Shown here one piece after another: positions 24,920 to 38,239 of a stretch of DNA of 64,000 bases (position 1 is its first letter; every line of letters starts with the position of its first letter). Under the pieces are notes generated by a model. That model saw nothing but the letters and a program-made list of their open reading frames with translations, was not told where the DNA came from and did no database searches. This DNA comes from the human T2T-CHM13v2.0 reference genome, Homo sapiens: the NCBI RefSeq assembly GCF_009914755.1, contig NC_060933.1; one strand, written 5' to 3'. A program made the translations under genes and the position numbers.

Positions 24920-26620
24920 GAACAAGCTCCTTATCTTTTTGGCAATATCTGGGAAAAATGTTAATTTGTCACCACAAGGAGTGATGTTAACTGTAAATAT
25001 TCCATAAATGCCCTTTAACAAATTGTTTCCTTCTATTCTTAGTTTTTTAGAAGTTTCTATTAATACCATGAATGGATGTTGTCTAGAATTTTGTCGTGTT
25101 TTTCTATCTTTATTTTCTCTTCTAATTTAATAGGGTGGAATGCAATGATTGATTTTCAAATGTTAACCTATCGCTTTACTCCTGGAAGAGTTCAACTTTA
25201 AATCATGATGCATTATTTGCTTTGTAAATCATGAGATTCCATTGCTAACATTTTATTAAGATATCTGTGTTTGGGGTGCTGAGGAATACTCACTTGTAAA
25301 TTTATCATTATGTAATTTCAGGTTTTTTTTCAGTACTTTGTTGATTACATAAAATGATTTGGTATATGTTCCTTCCTTTAATATTTTTTGAATGAGTTTG
25401 TATAGAATTGGGATCTTTTTCTGTAAAATACTTTTTAACCAGAATTTTCTTTGTTGGAAATTGTTGATTATGTACTCAGTTTCTTCAAAAGATTTTCTAT
25501 TTTTTTCTTGAGTCCATTTTAGTAAGTTATGATTTCCAAGAATTTTCCCATAGCATCTAATTTGTTGACAATGAATTCTTTGAATTTTGCTCTTCCTTTT
25601 TGAAATTCTGTAGAATCTGTAGTGACATTCTCTTTTTTATTCCTGATAATGTTAATTTGTGTCTTCCTGAGATATGACAGGGATTTATCAATTTTTAGTC
25701 TTTTCAAAAAAGCCAAAGTTTGTCTTTGTTGGTTTTCTCTATTGCTTTTCTCTTTGCCATTTGATTTCTTATCTTCACTATTTTCTTTCTTCTACTTATT
25801 TGATATTATTCTTCTTTCATTATCTTCTTGAAGTGGAAATGTAGATAAGTAATAGTAAACCTTTACTATTTTCTAATATTAGCATTTAATGCTATAAGTT
25901 TCCCTATAACAGTGCTTGAGATGCATCTCACAAATTTTGACATGTTGTATTTTCATCATTATTCACTTCAGACTATTCTCTCTTTTTTTACTGTGATTTT
26001 TTTCCCTTGGCCTACATGGCATCTGGAACCGAATTGTTCAATTTCCAATTATTTCTGACTTTCTACATATCAGATTTAATGGATTTCTAATTTAGTTTCA
26101 TTGTTTTCAGAAAATATACATTGTTAGATTTAATACTATGACGGTTATTTTATTTATTTATTTATTTATTTTGAGACAAGGTTTCACTCAGTTGCCCAAG
26201 CTGGAGTGCAGTGAAATGATCACGACTCATTGCAGCCTCGACCCACGGGGCTTCAGCAATTCTCCCACCTTAGAGTGCCAAGTAGTTGGGGCTACAGGTG
26301 CGTGTCAGAATGCCCGGCTAATTTTTGTTTTTGTGGAGATGGAGTTTCGTCATGTTGTCCAGGCTGGTCTAGAACTCCTGAGCTTAAGCAGTCTGCCTAC
26401 CTCGGCCTCTCAAAGTGCTGGGACTATAGGTGTAAGCCACTGTGCCCAGTCACTTTGAAAGTTACTGAGAATTATTTTAGCCCCTCATTATGGTCTACTT
26501 TATTAAAAATCTATGTTCTTAAAAAATGTGTTTTCTGCACATAGGTATTATAGTCCATAAATGTTAATTAGGTCAAGGTAATTTGCAGTTTCAAAAAATT
26601 GTCCATATACTCTTATTTAA
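24920..26620 (-). mobile_element. Old L1M ORF2 region
   Basis: Minus-strand ORF fragments resemble L1 ORF2 (KIDKSL..KTQINIIRNKKENVTTDSTE; KLRIEGN..KGIY). Confidence 0.8.
26145..26451 (-). mobile_element. AluJb with (TTTA)n tail
   Basis: GCAGCCTCGACC..GAACTCCTGAGCTTAAGCAGTCTGCC; diverged dimer. Confidence 0.92.
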
Positions 26621-28271
26621 AAAAAAATTCTATCTTAAGTTATAGGTTAACCTGATTTTACATGCATTTCGAGACTCTAGGTCACAGGCTTTATGAAAAC
26701 ACACACTTTTATCATGACTAGTAGAGGATGTGTCACTTGTGATGCCAACTAATCAACTGTTGTGTAGATTAGTTGCTAGTAAGAGGCATTTACTGAATCT
26801 GCCCAGGCTACTTTCCCTAAGTAGGCAGGTGGTTCCTACATTGACTTCGCCTGGTAGGGCTGTGACTACCTGTTCATAGTTAAATATTTTTCCAAACAGA
26901 TGATTTTCATAATGGCCTCACAAGATAGTGTCAGGTGGATCTCCTTCTGAGAAAACAAGTCACTGGATCCAAAGCAAGTTTACCAGTTTGCCCTCAGTAA
27001 ATGGCTAAGTATGGCAGTGCACCACGGTTATATGGAGGTACATAACAGAGGCAGTGGGCTAACAGGGATTGCTGTTTTGCCTGCATCATCACCTGCGCTG
27101 CCAGCAGGTTTGTTTACTGTTTTTAACCCATGATTAATGAGAGAAAAATGTATCATATTTTGCCTAATGGTCTGTGATTTTATTAATTTGGTTTAGAAGT
27201 TTTCTTTATTTCTGTGAGTACATATGGGGAGGACAGCTGGGGGTAGAGAAGGCAGACAAATGTTCAGTCTCCCGTTGCAAACCAGATGCTGCCTGACTGG
27301 AAGTAAGAAATATATAAATTGCTTGGCTAATCCCTGCCAAAAACCTAGTGTCCACTAGTGAAAAGCAAATTGGTATCTTGTGTCAGTACTGACACTTTTA
27401 TTTCCAAACTTATCTTTTGTTTACCCATATCAGGGGTTTTCAATATGTTTTCCAACAAGAAAAATTATCCCTGGTAAACCTGAGCAGCTTCACGAAATTC
27501 TCAGTAAGAAAGATACTGTAACTTATAACCAGACAAGCCTGTGTGCTTGAGGGTCTCTGGGATTTTCAGGCAGTGAAGCAAAGCAAATACTGGAATCTGA
27601 TTCTTTTCTTAACATTTAGCCAATTTGAATACAAGTTATTCTCAATCTGCTGTGTAATTCCATGTTACCTTAATCAAAATATACTGACAACGCACAATAG
27701 GGGGAGGGATAGGAAGGAACTGACTGTTACTGAGAAATATATATATTTTTAACTTCAAGGCCCACAACAGAGTCTTTTCCAAAGACTGTGTTCCAACCGT
27801 ACCTATATTATGTTACAAAAATCCTTACAAAATCTTATGAGATGAGCAGTATTAGCCACAGTTTAAAGAAGAAACTAAGCTTCAAAGTTCATACCTACCA
27901 CTCTAGGACTTTCAGACTATAAACACAAAATCAAAAACACGAATTCAAATATCTACAGTGTTAATGATCATACTAAATCTTCCATTACCACTTACTTTCC
28001 TTCACTGATCCAAGGACATTATATCTGTCACTGTACTGAATTATTAGATAATGTTACATTTAATTGTATTTAAATGCAATGCAACAAAATAAACTTTCAA
28101 AAATCAAATACATATTTTTTCTCTAGAAGAAATATTCTTCCTAAGAAGTGTCTGTAAAGATGTAATAAAACTATTAAGATATTAATGACATGCTTCTAAA
28201 CTACATGATTCATTTTTATTCAATGACAATTGATAAATTAACTCTTTTCTGTGAAAGACAGCGAGTTTAGG

Positions 28272-28578
28272 TGTTTTGTTTGTTTGTTTGTTTGTTTTCC
28301 CCACAGTGTCTTGCTCTGTGGCCCAGGCTGGAGTGCAGCGGCAGATCTCGGCTCACTGCAACCTCTGCCTCCTGGCTTCAAGCGATTCTCCTGCCTCAGC
28401 CTCTGGAGTAGCTGGGACTACAGGCTTCCGCCACCATGCCCGGCTAATTTTTGTCTTTTTAGTAGAGACGGGGCGTCACCATCTAGGCTAGGCTGGTCTT
28501 GAACTCCTGACTTCGTGATCCACCCACCTCAGCCTCCCAAAGTGCTGGGATTATAGGGGTGAGCCACCGCGTCTGGCC
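28272..28578 (-). mobile_element. AluS (Sg/Sc-like) with (TTTG)n tail
   Basis: TCTTGAACTCCTGACTTCGTGATCCACCC; full dimer. Confidence 0.93.
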
Positions 28579-28587
28579 GAGTTTAGC

Positions 28588-28879
28588 TTTTTTTTTTTTT
28601 TTGAGACGGGGTCTCACTATGTCGCCCAGGCTGGAGTGCAGTGGCGCGATCTCGGCTCGCTGCAGCCTCCACCTCCCGGGTTCACACCATTCTGCCTCAG
28701 CCTCCTGAGTAGCTGGGACTACAGGCACCCGCCACACGCCCGGCTAAATTTTTGTATTTTCAGTAGAGATGGGGTTTCACCATGTTAGCCAGGATGGTCT
28801 GGATCTCCTGACCTCGTGATCCACCCGCCTCAGCCTCCGAAAGTGCTGGGATTACAGGCGTGAGCCACTGCGCCTGGCT
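28588..28879 (-). mobile_element. AluY-like
   Basis: CCGGGTTCACACCATTCT and TTAGCCAGGATGGTCTGGATCTCCTGACCTCGTG; TSD GAGTTTAGCTTTTT. Confidence 0.93.
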
Positions 28880-29089
28880 GAGTTTAGCTTTTTAAAATCC
28901 CTCTCATTGCCTCCCTATTACTTCCAAATTTTTGTTTGTCATATTTTTACATTATCTCAATTTAGAGTATTCTAAAATTCCAACTCCCTTAGTTATTTAG
29001 TAATAAGATTAGTTCTACATTTAATATATTCAGTACTCATCACTGGCCATTTATATAGTTTCTTTACATTTATGTTAATTGATTCAAAT

Positions 29090-29745
29090 CCATTTTTAAT
29101 TAAACTTTCAAGTTTTGAGATAATTGCAGAATCACATGCATTTTTTTTTTCAGATGGAGTCTCACTATGTTGCCCAGGCTGGAGTGCAGTGGCACAATCT
29201 TGGCTCACTGCAACCTCCACCTCCTGGGGTTCCAGTGATTCTCCTGCCTTAGCCTCCCAGGTAGCTGGGATTACAGGCACACACCACCATGCCTGGCTAA
29301 TTTTTGTATTTTTAGTAGGGACGGGGTTTCGCCATCTTGGCCAGGCTGGTCTCGAACACCTGACCTCAGGTGATCCACCTGCTTTGGCCTCCCAAAGTGC
29401 TGGGATTACAAATGTGAGCCAGCACGCCTAGCCTCACATGCATTTTTTAAAAATAATCATGAGTGATGTAATGTACCCTTTTCCAATTTTCCCAAATGGT
29501 AACATCCTACAGAACTACAGTAAAAGATCACAACCAGGGTAATGAAATCAATACAGTCAATATATAGAAGATTTCCATCACCACCAATGCCTCACGTTAC
29601 CCTTTAATAGTCACAATATATAGAAGATTTCCATCACCACCAATGCCTCATATTTCCCTTTAGTAGCCACAACAAAATCCGTGTTACTTCTTAACCTTTG
29701 GCAACCATAATCTACTCTTCATTTTATATGTAATTTCAAGATACA
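29090..29745 (-). mobile_element. L1MC-like 3' fragment (contains an Alu and a 56-bp tandem duplication)
   Basis: TTTTGAGATAATTGCAGAATCACATGCA..AATGGTAACATC..ATCACAACCAGG..ATACAGTCAA..ATTTCCATCACCAC. Confidence 0.8.
29141..29433 (-). mobile_element. AluSx-like
   Basis: Full dimer; TSD TCACATGCATTTTTT at 29132 and 29434. Confidence 0.95.
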
Positions 29746-29857
29746 GAAAACATCAAATACTCCTACTCCTGACTTCTTTATAGATTTTCTAAATACAAGA
29801 TAATGAGAGAGGAGAGCAGAGCAAACCTGGGAGCTAATTGCAAAAATAAAATAAAGA

Positions 29858-30393
29858 CTTTTTGTTATTTCAACAGTTTTTGCGGTACATGGGTAATTTC
29901 TTTAGTGATTTCTGAGATTTTGGTGCACACATCATCCAAGCAATGTACACTGTACTCAATTTGTAGTCTTTTATCCCTTAACTCCTTCCTAACCTTTTTC
30001 CCCAAGTTCCCAAAGTCCATTATATCATTATTATGCCTTTTTATCCTCATAGCTTAGCTCTCTCTTATAGGTGAAAACATATGATATTTGGTTCTCCATT
30101 CCTGAGTTCTTTCACTTAGAATAATGGCCTCCAGCTCCAGCTAAGTTGCCACAAAACACATTATTTTATTCATTTTCTGGCTGAGTAGTATTCCATAGTG
30201 CATATAGACCACATTTTCTTTATCCATTTATTGGTTGATTGGCACTTGGGTTGGTTCTGTATCTTTGCAATTGTGAATTGTGTTGCTGTAAACATGTGTG
30301 TGCATGTGTCTTTTTTATATAATGATTTCTTTTCCTTTGGATAGATACCCAGAAGTCGGATTGCCAGAGTGAATGGTGGTTCTACTTTTAATT
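29858..30393 (-). mobile_element. L1PB-like 3' fragment
   Basis: TTCTGAGATTTTGGTGCAC..TGTACACTGTAC..CCCAAAGTCCATT..TCACTTAGAATAATGGCCTCCAGCTCC..GGCTGAGTAGTATTCCAT. Confidence 0.9.
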
Positions 30394-30404
30394 CAAAAAA
30401 GACA

Positions 30405-30619
30405 TTTTTAATTGAAGTTTTATTGAGATAATTGTAGACTCACATGCAGTTATAAGAAATATTCCAGAGAAATCTCTTGTGCACCCTGCTGTTTCCCCCA
30501 AAGGTAGCATTTTATAAAAGTCTTCTGTAGTATTATATATCACAACCTGGACTTTGAGACAATCCACCAATCTTATTCAGATTTCTTTCAATTTTACTTA
30601 TACTCATATGTGTGTTGTG

Positions 30620-30679
<60 letters not shown>

Positions 30680-30720
30680 TAGACACACACACACATTAAA
30701 TTCTATACATTTTTTACCCC
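30405..30720 (-). mobile_element. L1MC-like 3' fragment
   Basis: TTGAGATAATTGTAGACTCACATGCAGTTATAAGAAATA..CAATCCACCAATCTTATTCAGATTTC. Confidence 0.75.
30626..30695. repeat. (TA)n followed by (CA)n microsatellite
   Basis: About 23 TA units then imperfect CA. Confidence 0.95.
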
Positions 30721-31660
30721 AGAGCTTGGAGGCTTGTTCAACTTTTTGAATAAGTAGGTACCTTGTATGTCTTTTGTAAATTTGGAAAATTTTCAGCAAT
30801 TATTTCTTTTAATACTTTTTAAGCCCCATTCTCTTTCCTTTCTGAGACTCTGATAACATGAATTTTAACCTTTTGCTATTGTCCCACAGGTCCCCGAGGC
30901 CCTGTTTATTTCTGTCTACTTTTTATCTCTTGCTCAAACTGGTGAATTTCTATTGTTCTATGTTCTAGTTTATTGATTTGTTCTTGTCCAATTCTGGTGC
31001 TGAGTTCACCCACTGAGTTTTTCATTTCAGTGATTGTATTTTAAGATCTAAAATTTCCATTGGATTTTTCATTTTGCCTTGTATTTCATTGTTGAGACTT
31101 TTTATACATTGTTGAGACTAGTTTATTCATTTGTTTCAAACATGTTCATAAGTACTCATTGACACATTTCATGATGGCTGCTTTGAAATGTTTGTTAGAT
31201 AATTGTAACATCTTTGTCATCTTAATAGTGGCATCTATTGATTCTTTTTTTCATTGAGTTTAAGATTTTTCTAGATCTTGGTACGATAACTAATTTTTTT
31301 ATCAAAACATAGACATTTTGAGTATTATATTATGAAACTCTAGATCTTATTTCAACATCATATTTTAGCTGGCTTCCTCTGAAATTGCTCTTGCAGGGGA
31401 ATAGTGGTTTCCTACTGCCAAGTGTTAGAAGAAATCCAAATTTCCCATTTGGCCTCCACTGACACATGAGGGGGTGCTTCTTTGGACTGCACAGTGGGAG
31501 TTGAGTTCTGTCTCCCCACTAGGTCTCCACTAATACCTCCTTGGCTGCAAGATCTAGGAAAGCTTAGTCTGCCCCTTCTTGGTCTCTATTGACACTGCCA
31601 AGACAGGTTATCTTTCTTACTGATGAATGGTGGTAAAATTCTTGACTAGGCCCCTCCAAC
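30720..31660 (-). mobile_element. Old L1M ORF1/5' region
   Basis: AAATTTGGAAAATTTTCAGCAATTATTTCTT..TTGTCCCACAGGTCCCCGAGG..GATGGCTGCTTTGAAAT..GATAATTGTAACATC. Confidence 0.7.
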
Positions 31661-32109
31661 ACTGTAAGCATATAGAGAGGGATTGTTAGCTGCCTTCAAG
31701 TTGTTTTCTATCACAAGACCCTTAATGCCCCAAATATAAATCTTTTCCATGTCAGTCAGTCATTCTGAGAGATTGTCCCCAGGTAAATAATGTGAATTTC
31801 TATATGTAATTTCCAAGAGTGCTTTGGAAGAGAGTGGGATGCTATGGTGTTTTGTATTGTGTTCCTATGCTTAGTCTAAATTTTCTTCCCTGTTGGTATT
31901 CACTGAGTACCACTCTTATACATGTCTGCCTGTCTTCTGTATTTACCCCTTTCTCTAATATACTTTGCATCTGTTCATTTATTTTTGGCTTTTAAAATTT
32001 TCTTCTTTACATCTTCTATTTCTTTTACAGTCCATTCATTGTCCATATTTGTTCTTATATTCTGTTTGGTTTAGTCTTCATGTCTGAAATAATTGTTAGT
32101 TTTTAAAAA

Positions 32110-32900
32110 AAATAAACTTTTTATTTTAGAACAAGTTTAGACTTGCAAAGAAATTCAGAAGATAGTACAGAGAGTTCCTATAAGCCCATGCCCATTTTCC
32201 TCGATTATTAACATCATGTATTAATTTGTACATTTGTTGTAACCAATGGGCCAATATTGATACAGTATTATTATTAAATAAAGTCCGTACTTTATGTTCT
32301 AATATCCTTTTTTTCTGTTCCAGGATCCTCTCCAGGATACCATATTACAATCAACTGTCATACCTCCTTAGGTTGCTCTTGGCTATGATGGTTTCTCAGA
32401 CTTTCTTTGTTTTTGATGCCCTTGATAGTTTTTGAGTCATGTTGGTCAGGTATTTGGTGGAATATCCCTCCTTTGAGATTTTTCCAATATGTATTATAAG
32501 TCTTAAGTGGGGGAAGACGACAAACGTTAAGTGCCATTTTCTCCACCTCATATTGAGAGTACATACATGAAACGTGACATCACTGCAGATGTTAGCCTTG
32601 ATCACCTGACTGAGATAGTGTTTGCCAGGTTTCTTATTGTACTGTAGGTTATTCTCCCCACTACCCCACCCCTCCACCCCCCCCTTTTTTTTGTTTACTG
32701 TGTTTATAGAACGAAGTCACTATGCACAGTCCAGACCTAAGGAATGGGAAGTTGTGCTAAATCTCCTTAAGGACGGATTATGTACAAAGGTTATTTAGAC
32801 TATTTTGCCTATTTTAGCCATTTTTCTATTTTTTCATCATTTATTTATAACACTTTGAACTTACAAGTATTTGATTTATACATTGGGTTATAATAGTATT
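32110..32900 (-). mobile_element. L1MC/L1MD 3' fragment
   Basis: GATAGTACAGAGAGTTCC..CCAATATTGATAC..TTCTGTTCCAGGATCC..GGTTTCTCAGACTTTC..CCTTGATCACCTG. Confidence 0.85.
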
Positions 32901-34739
32901 TCTGATAATTTTAAATACTATTATTACCAATTGCCTCATTTTTTTTCTTTTTCTGATTTGTGATTCTTTTAAATATTTGTCATTTGAAATTTTTTCTTTT
33001 GGTATGTTTGCTGACTTAATCTTTTAATCTTCTATAATTTTTCTCAATCTCTTTTTTCTTATTTTGAAATATTAAACAACAAATTTTATCTGCTATGTGA
33101 TTAAATGTTAATGGCATGTTTTCATAATATATATAATTGCTATTCGGATTCCTATTCTCTTTTTTATTATAACAACTTTGTACGAGATTCTGCTGCAAAC
33201 TTTCTCTGTTAAACATTTGTAGGTGAAATGATTATCTTGTGATTTTTGGGAAAGAGGTGTTAGTAGGGATATTTACTGTAGTTTTACCACTTCAGAGCCC
33301 CCTAATCTATTGCTTTCACCAACTAATCACAAATAAGTCCTCAATTTATTTCATCAACGTTGTATATAGTTTTCAGTGTCCAGATGTTTCTCCTCCTTGG
33401 TTACATTTATTCCTAAGTACTTTGTTATTTTTTATGTCATTGTAAATGGTTCTGGGAGGTGATATATTCCTAGAATTGAAGACTATAGATGATTTTAAGG
33501 TATCAAAGAAAAAAAAAAAGAAAAAAAAGCTTCAACTTTCTGGGGTCTTCCTTCACAATTTCCCTCTTGCCTTAGCCTTCTCTAGCCTTTTAATCTCCTC
33601 TTTCCTTTGCCCCTACTGGCTGTAATCTGTTTAATTTGGACTGTACTCCTAGCGATATCTCCTCAATATAGGACTTAGACTTGAAAAGATACTTTAGTGT
33701 TTTGGTTTCTAGTTTTAAAGGGCCTAGACTTCCAGATAATTTTATCACTCTCAGAAATTCCGAAAGTTCTTTGAATCCTCACCCAAATTGGTGGTCACCA
33801 TGTCCATGTTTAGCTTTTGCTGCTATACTTTGAATGGACTTTGCAGTGAGTCTTTGGGGTTCTCTGGATTTTTCTGTGAGAAAGCTCTTTGCCTTCTCTC
33901 TACCTTTTCTAGTAGAGTGTCTGGTATTAAGTAGGTCATTTTGCTGCTGCTAGTTTGTCTTCATCTGCTTTTATTTTAGGGTTCTTGAAGTTATCCTTTC
34001 GCTGTAGCTATGCTTTGCAAAGAATTTCAAAAGATTTGAGTCTACATTTCTGTCACAGCTATCTTCAGAGAATCCTGTTTGTTTATATTTAATTTAAATC
34101 TTTACCATTGTCTAATTGGTGATCTGCTTACTTCTGCTCTATTGTAATTATTGTTTTGCATAACATTTTAAATTAATTTTAATTATCAGCTCATCACCTT
34201 TCCAACTATCACAGTATTACCAGTATCATCTTTAATAAAATGGAATTCCTGAATCTTGTGACTTAAAGAAAATAATCTATATAGTAATTGTTTCCTTCTT
34301 GAAGCATATATATATGTGTGAGGATAATGAATAAGATGTGTGATAATCACCTTAAGCAATTAGAGGAAATACGCAAAGTAAATATAGAGGCAACAATGTA
34401 TTTATATATTTGTTTATTTATACTTTATAGCTTCTTCCAAAAGAAATGTGAGATGATATTATAATTATTTTAATTAGATTGCACCTTTTTCTGTTGTTAA
34501 ATTTGCTAAATTCCTGTGGAATTTGGGTTACATAAGAAGAGACTGAAGTATACAGTCCTTTTTATACGTGATTGACTGCTTCCCTTTCCTTTCATTTTTT
34601 TCTTTCTCATCTTTTTCCCTTATGTCCTTCCCTTTGCTCTTTATAACAATGTTTTTTTTTCCTCTCTCTTTATTTCTCTTCTCATTATAGGAGATTTGAA
34701 TGATACCTGATTACAGATACTTCAGTTCTGGTATACCAT

Positions 34740-35520
34740 AAAGTTTAGAAGAATAACAAATGAATTGGATGACAAAATATGACTTCAAATCTATCCTGAT
34801 GTTTAAAATTTTAAAAATAAAGTTCAACAGTACTGCATGTGGGAAAGAAAACTGGAACATGAAGCCAACTGCATAAAATTTAGGATGAGATTGTAAAAGT
34901 TTCTCAGCAGCAATATTTTAGTCAGCAGTGACTATAATTTTACTTAACAATATGAAATAACCACTGAAGTGCTACACACCCTTAGCCTGCAATGATTACA
35001 AGGAAAAGTGAAGGAAAAAAAACATATTTTTTATCTAGAGTGAGATTGATATTCTTTTTTGATGATGCCATAATTTAAGTATGATGTTCATATTTAAACC
35101 TGCATTTTAACAGGGTGTTATTCCTGCCAGGTGTGTTCCAGTTAGAGATGCTAGAATGGGAAAAGTACTACTCAAATCCTTTTGAAATGAATCAACGCCC
35201 AGGATTGGAGTTTGAGAAAGGGAGGATATTGGACTTTTCCTCAAATATAGATAATGTTATTCCATAGAAGAATTATATTGACACCCTAATGGAGGAAGTG
35301 GAAAGCATGGGCCAATATGAGAAAGATTTTATATGAATATAAGACATACTTTTATAACATCAGATGAAAGGCAGAGTTGGCTGCTTCAGAAGTGATTAGC
35401 TATTTAAACCATATTCAGATGAATACTTGGCAAAGATTCTACAGAGAATATTCTACAATCTCAAAAATGATTGAATCATATGTCCTTTAGAATTTCTTCA
35501 AGTTTGAATATCTGTAATTT
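34740..35520 (+). mobile_element. L3/CR1 LINE fossil
   Basis: CAACTGCATAAAATTTAGGATG..GTCAGCAGTG..TGATGTTCA..CATTTTAACAGGG..GTGTTCCAG..AGAATGG follows the CR1/L3 RT 3' pattern. Confidence 0.55.
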
Positions 35521-36762
35521 TATAAATGATCCATTTCATTTCCAGAGAAATAACAAGTGCCATTTCAACCAAAATTCAAACACAATCTTTAAAAAGGGAA
35601 TAATATGTACAAAATTAAAATTTGTATCTAATTATAAAAACGATTAAAAGTATTATTTAGCCCCTATTTACACTGTACTCTCATGAGACAATTAAAACTA
35701 AAATGGAAATCCTAAAAATGAAAGAAAAAATGCTATATGTAGGTTAAAATTTATGATACTTAACTGTTAATATATCACGGCTTTTATTGTCCAGAAAATT
35801 AATCCTGAATTGAAGCAAATTGATTTCAATAGCATCACAGAATTTTACACTTCCAAAATATAACAAAGTCACCAAAAATAACTTACAAAACAACGACAAC
35901 TCATATACCGAAAGACACTAGCAAAGAAAGTGACAATATGAAGCAAGAAATATAATCCAATTGTAATAAACTACAAAAATTATTGATCTATACTGGAAGT
36001 AAATATAAAGAAACATCTGAAACAGAGAGGAAGGTGCTGCATAGATTAATTCTTGTTCTTCCTTTCCTCCATAATAAAATGTTGGCAAAACTCTGCATGT
36101 AGTCAGTAGGAAAGAAAATCGAGTTGATATCCTTTATATTACAGTTTCCTTTACCAAAAGAGGAGTACAGAAGGTGACTATTGAAGAGAAAAGAGTAAAG
36201 GGAGATAACAAACAAGGGAGGTGAGGGTTTTTTTAATTGAAATGACGCTTCCAATGCCAAACACTAAATTAGGCTCTGGTTCCAGAGCCAGGAGGGTATC
36301 ACCCCCTGAGAAAGTGCCTCCTCCTGCTAATGCAAAGAATGGTGGTGGGGCCATTTAGCAAGATTGTAGGGGCCCAGCTTTTCAAACTGCAACCTCAATT
36401 TAGTGTGTTTTCTTCCCCCACAATTCCCGCAAATTATAAAACATTGGATAGAGCAGAAAACATCCAGATCCTTTAAACTGGGTCTTTGAAGAAAAAAATA
36501 AAATTATCTCAGATAAGAACAAAATGAACAAAACGATTGGTAATAGCCGAATATGCATTATAAAAATTAAGAGACAACCCAATTCAAAGGGAAGAAAAAA
36601 ATAAACTATGCAATGACAATTATTTTCATACAGAGGAAAATGACTCACTCTAGAGTAGAAACCTCCCACAATCACTTAATCATACAAGGCAACTAAATAA
36701 CAACATAAAATCCATAAAACAAGAGCTCCAAAACAAGACAAGGTGATAAAACAGTTGTATGA

Positions 36763-37228
36763 TGTGGTAGACAGAGTAATAGCCCCTGAATGATGTCCAA
36801 GATCTGATCCATGAAAACTGTGAATACGTAACCTTATATGCCAAGAGATTTTGCAGATGTGATTAAAGTTTAGAAATTCCAGAAAGGGAAATTATCTTGG
36901 AATGGATTTATTTATTTTATGAGTCCAATGTACTCACAAAGGTCCTTATGAGGGAAAGATAAAGGAATGAGTCAGAGACAGAGAAGGAGGGAGATCTGAA
37001 GATGCTATGCTGCTGTTTTTGAAGATGGAAGAGGAGAATACAAGAATTGCAGGAGGCCTCTGGAAGTTGGAAAATGCAAGGAACATTCTCTGCTATTTGC
37101 TTCAGAGGCAATGCAGCACTGCTGACCCATTTCAAACTTCTGACCTACAGAACTGTAAGAAAATAAATTTGTGTTGTTTTAAGCCATTAAATTTGTGACA
37201 ATTTGTTATAGCAGAAAAAGGCTAATGA
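36763..37228 (+). mobile_element. MLT1C/D-like MaLR solo LTR
   Basis: TGTGGTAGACAG..TGTGAATACGTAACCTTA..TTTGCAGATGTGATTAA..CTTCTGACCTACAGAACTGTAAGAAAATAAATTTGTGTTGTTTTAAGCCA. Confidence 0.9.
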
Positions 37229-37524
37229 AAGTGACATAAGAGCAAAAATTGCAGATCCAATAAACAAATCGAGAACCACGTAAACAAATTTATCAAAATC
37301 AAATGAATGAATAGATTCACTGAAAGTTGCATTACTTACAAGTAGGAGAAGTATGAAATAATTCCAATGGATAAACGTGAAAAAAGAACAAGAGCTTAAA
37401 CATTAAGAAATAAAAAGGCAAGGAAAAGCCAAAATAGGGATGTGGTTTACATGAAGAAAATACCCAAGTGATACATACAAAAGATTGAAAGAAAGACAAC
37501 ATTTGTATTCAATGACCAAGGGCA

Positions 37525-38164
37525 TGTAACTGAGCACAGTCTTGGCTGCTCACTACTTGCAAAGCCAATAACAAGGATGAAGTGGAGTGGAAGGAATATG
37601 ACTTTATTTCCAAAGCTGTGGGGAAGCAACCAGGCTCACACTTCAAGAAACCTGTTCAAAAGTTTGGGTTGAGGGCAGGGGTTTAAAAAAGGGAAGCTTG
37701 ATATGGGAGGCATGCGGGAGTTGTGCAGGGTGCAGGAGCTGTGTGTCTGCCTCTGATACCTATCTTATGTTATGGCTCATCTGGAGCATGGGCTGGCACC
37801 AACTTGACAGTGGCTAGGTTGTGAATTATCCATCCTGAGGCCTCTTTAAGTCGGGGAGAATTCTGCAGCTGGGCCTTCATGCCTACTTCATTTCAAATTA
37901 GCCGCTGGAATTTCTTAACAGGCATATAAATGTTATTTATATGAATAACATTTAGATAAACGTGCATGGGGTAAGGGGGTATACAGTGGGAAAGGGAAGG
38001 GATTGGATTTTCAAAGTACATTTTAAGGCTATATTTTAAGACAATGGAACAAAAGGGGTAAAAAGTTTTCTGCAGTTTATGTCAAGGTTACAGATTGAGA
38101 CTGGGAAGAAAATAGGAAAGGAAAAAGTTTTAAAATGTATTTTAAAGCTAAACTACTCATAACA
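37525..38164 (-). mobile_element. ERV1-class solo LTR (subfamily not assigned)
   Basis: TGTAAC...TAACA termini, 4-bp TSD GGCA/GGTA, minus-strand AATAAAG near the 3' end. Confidence 0.7.
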
Positions 38165-38239
38165 GGTATAGATAAAAATTCTCAAACATGGAACATAAGT
38201 TGTTTTTAAAAATAATTAAGTGAAAATGAAATTTATGGT

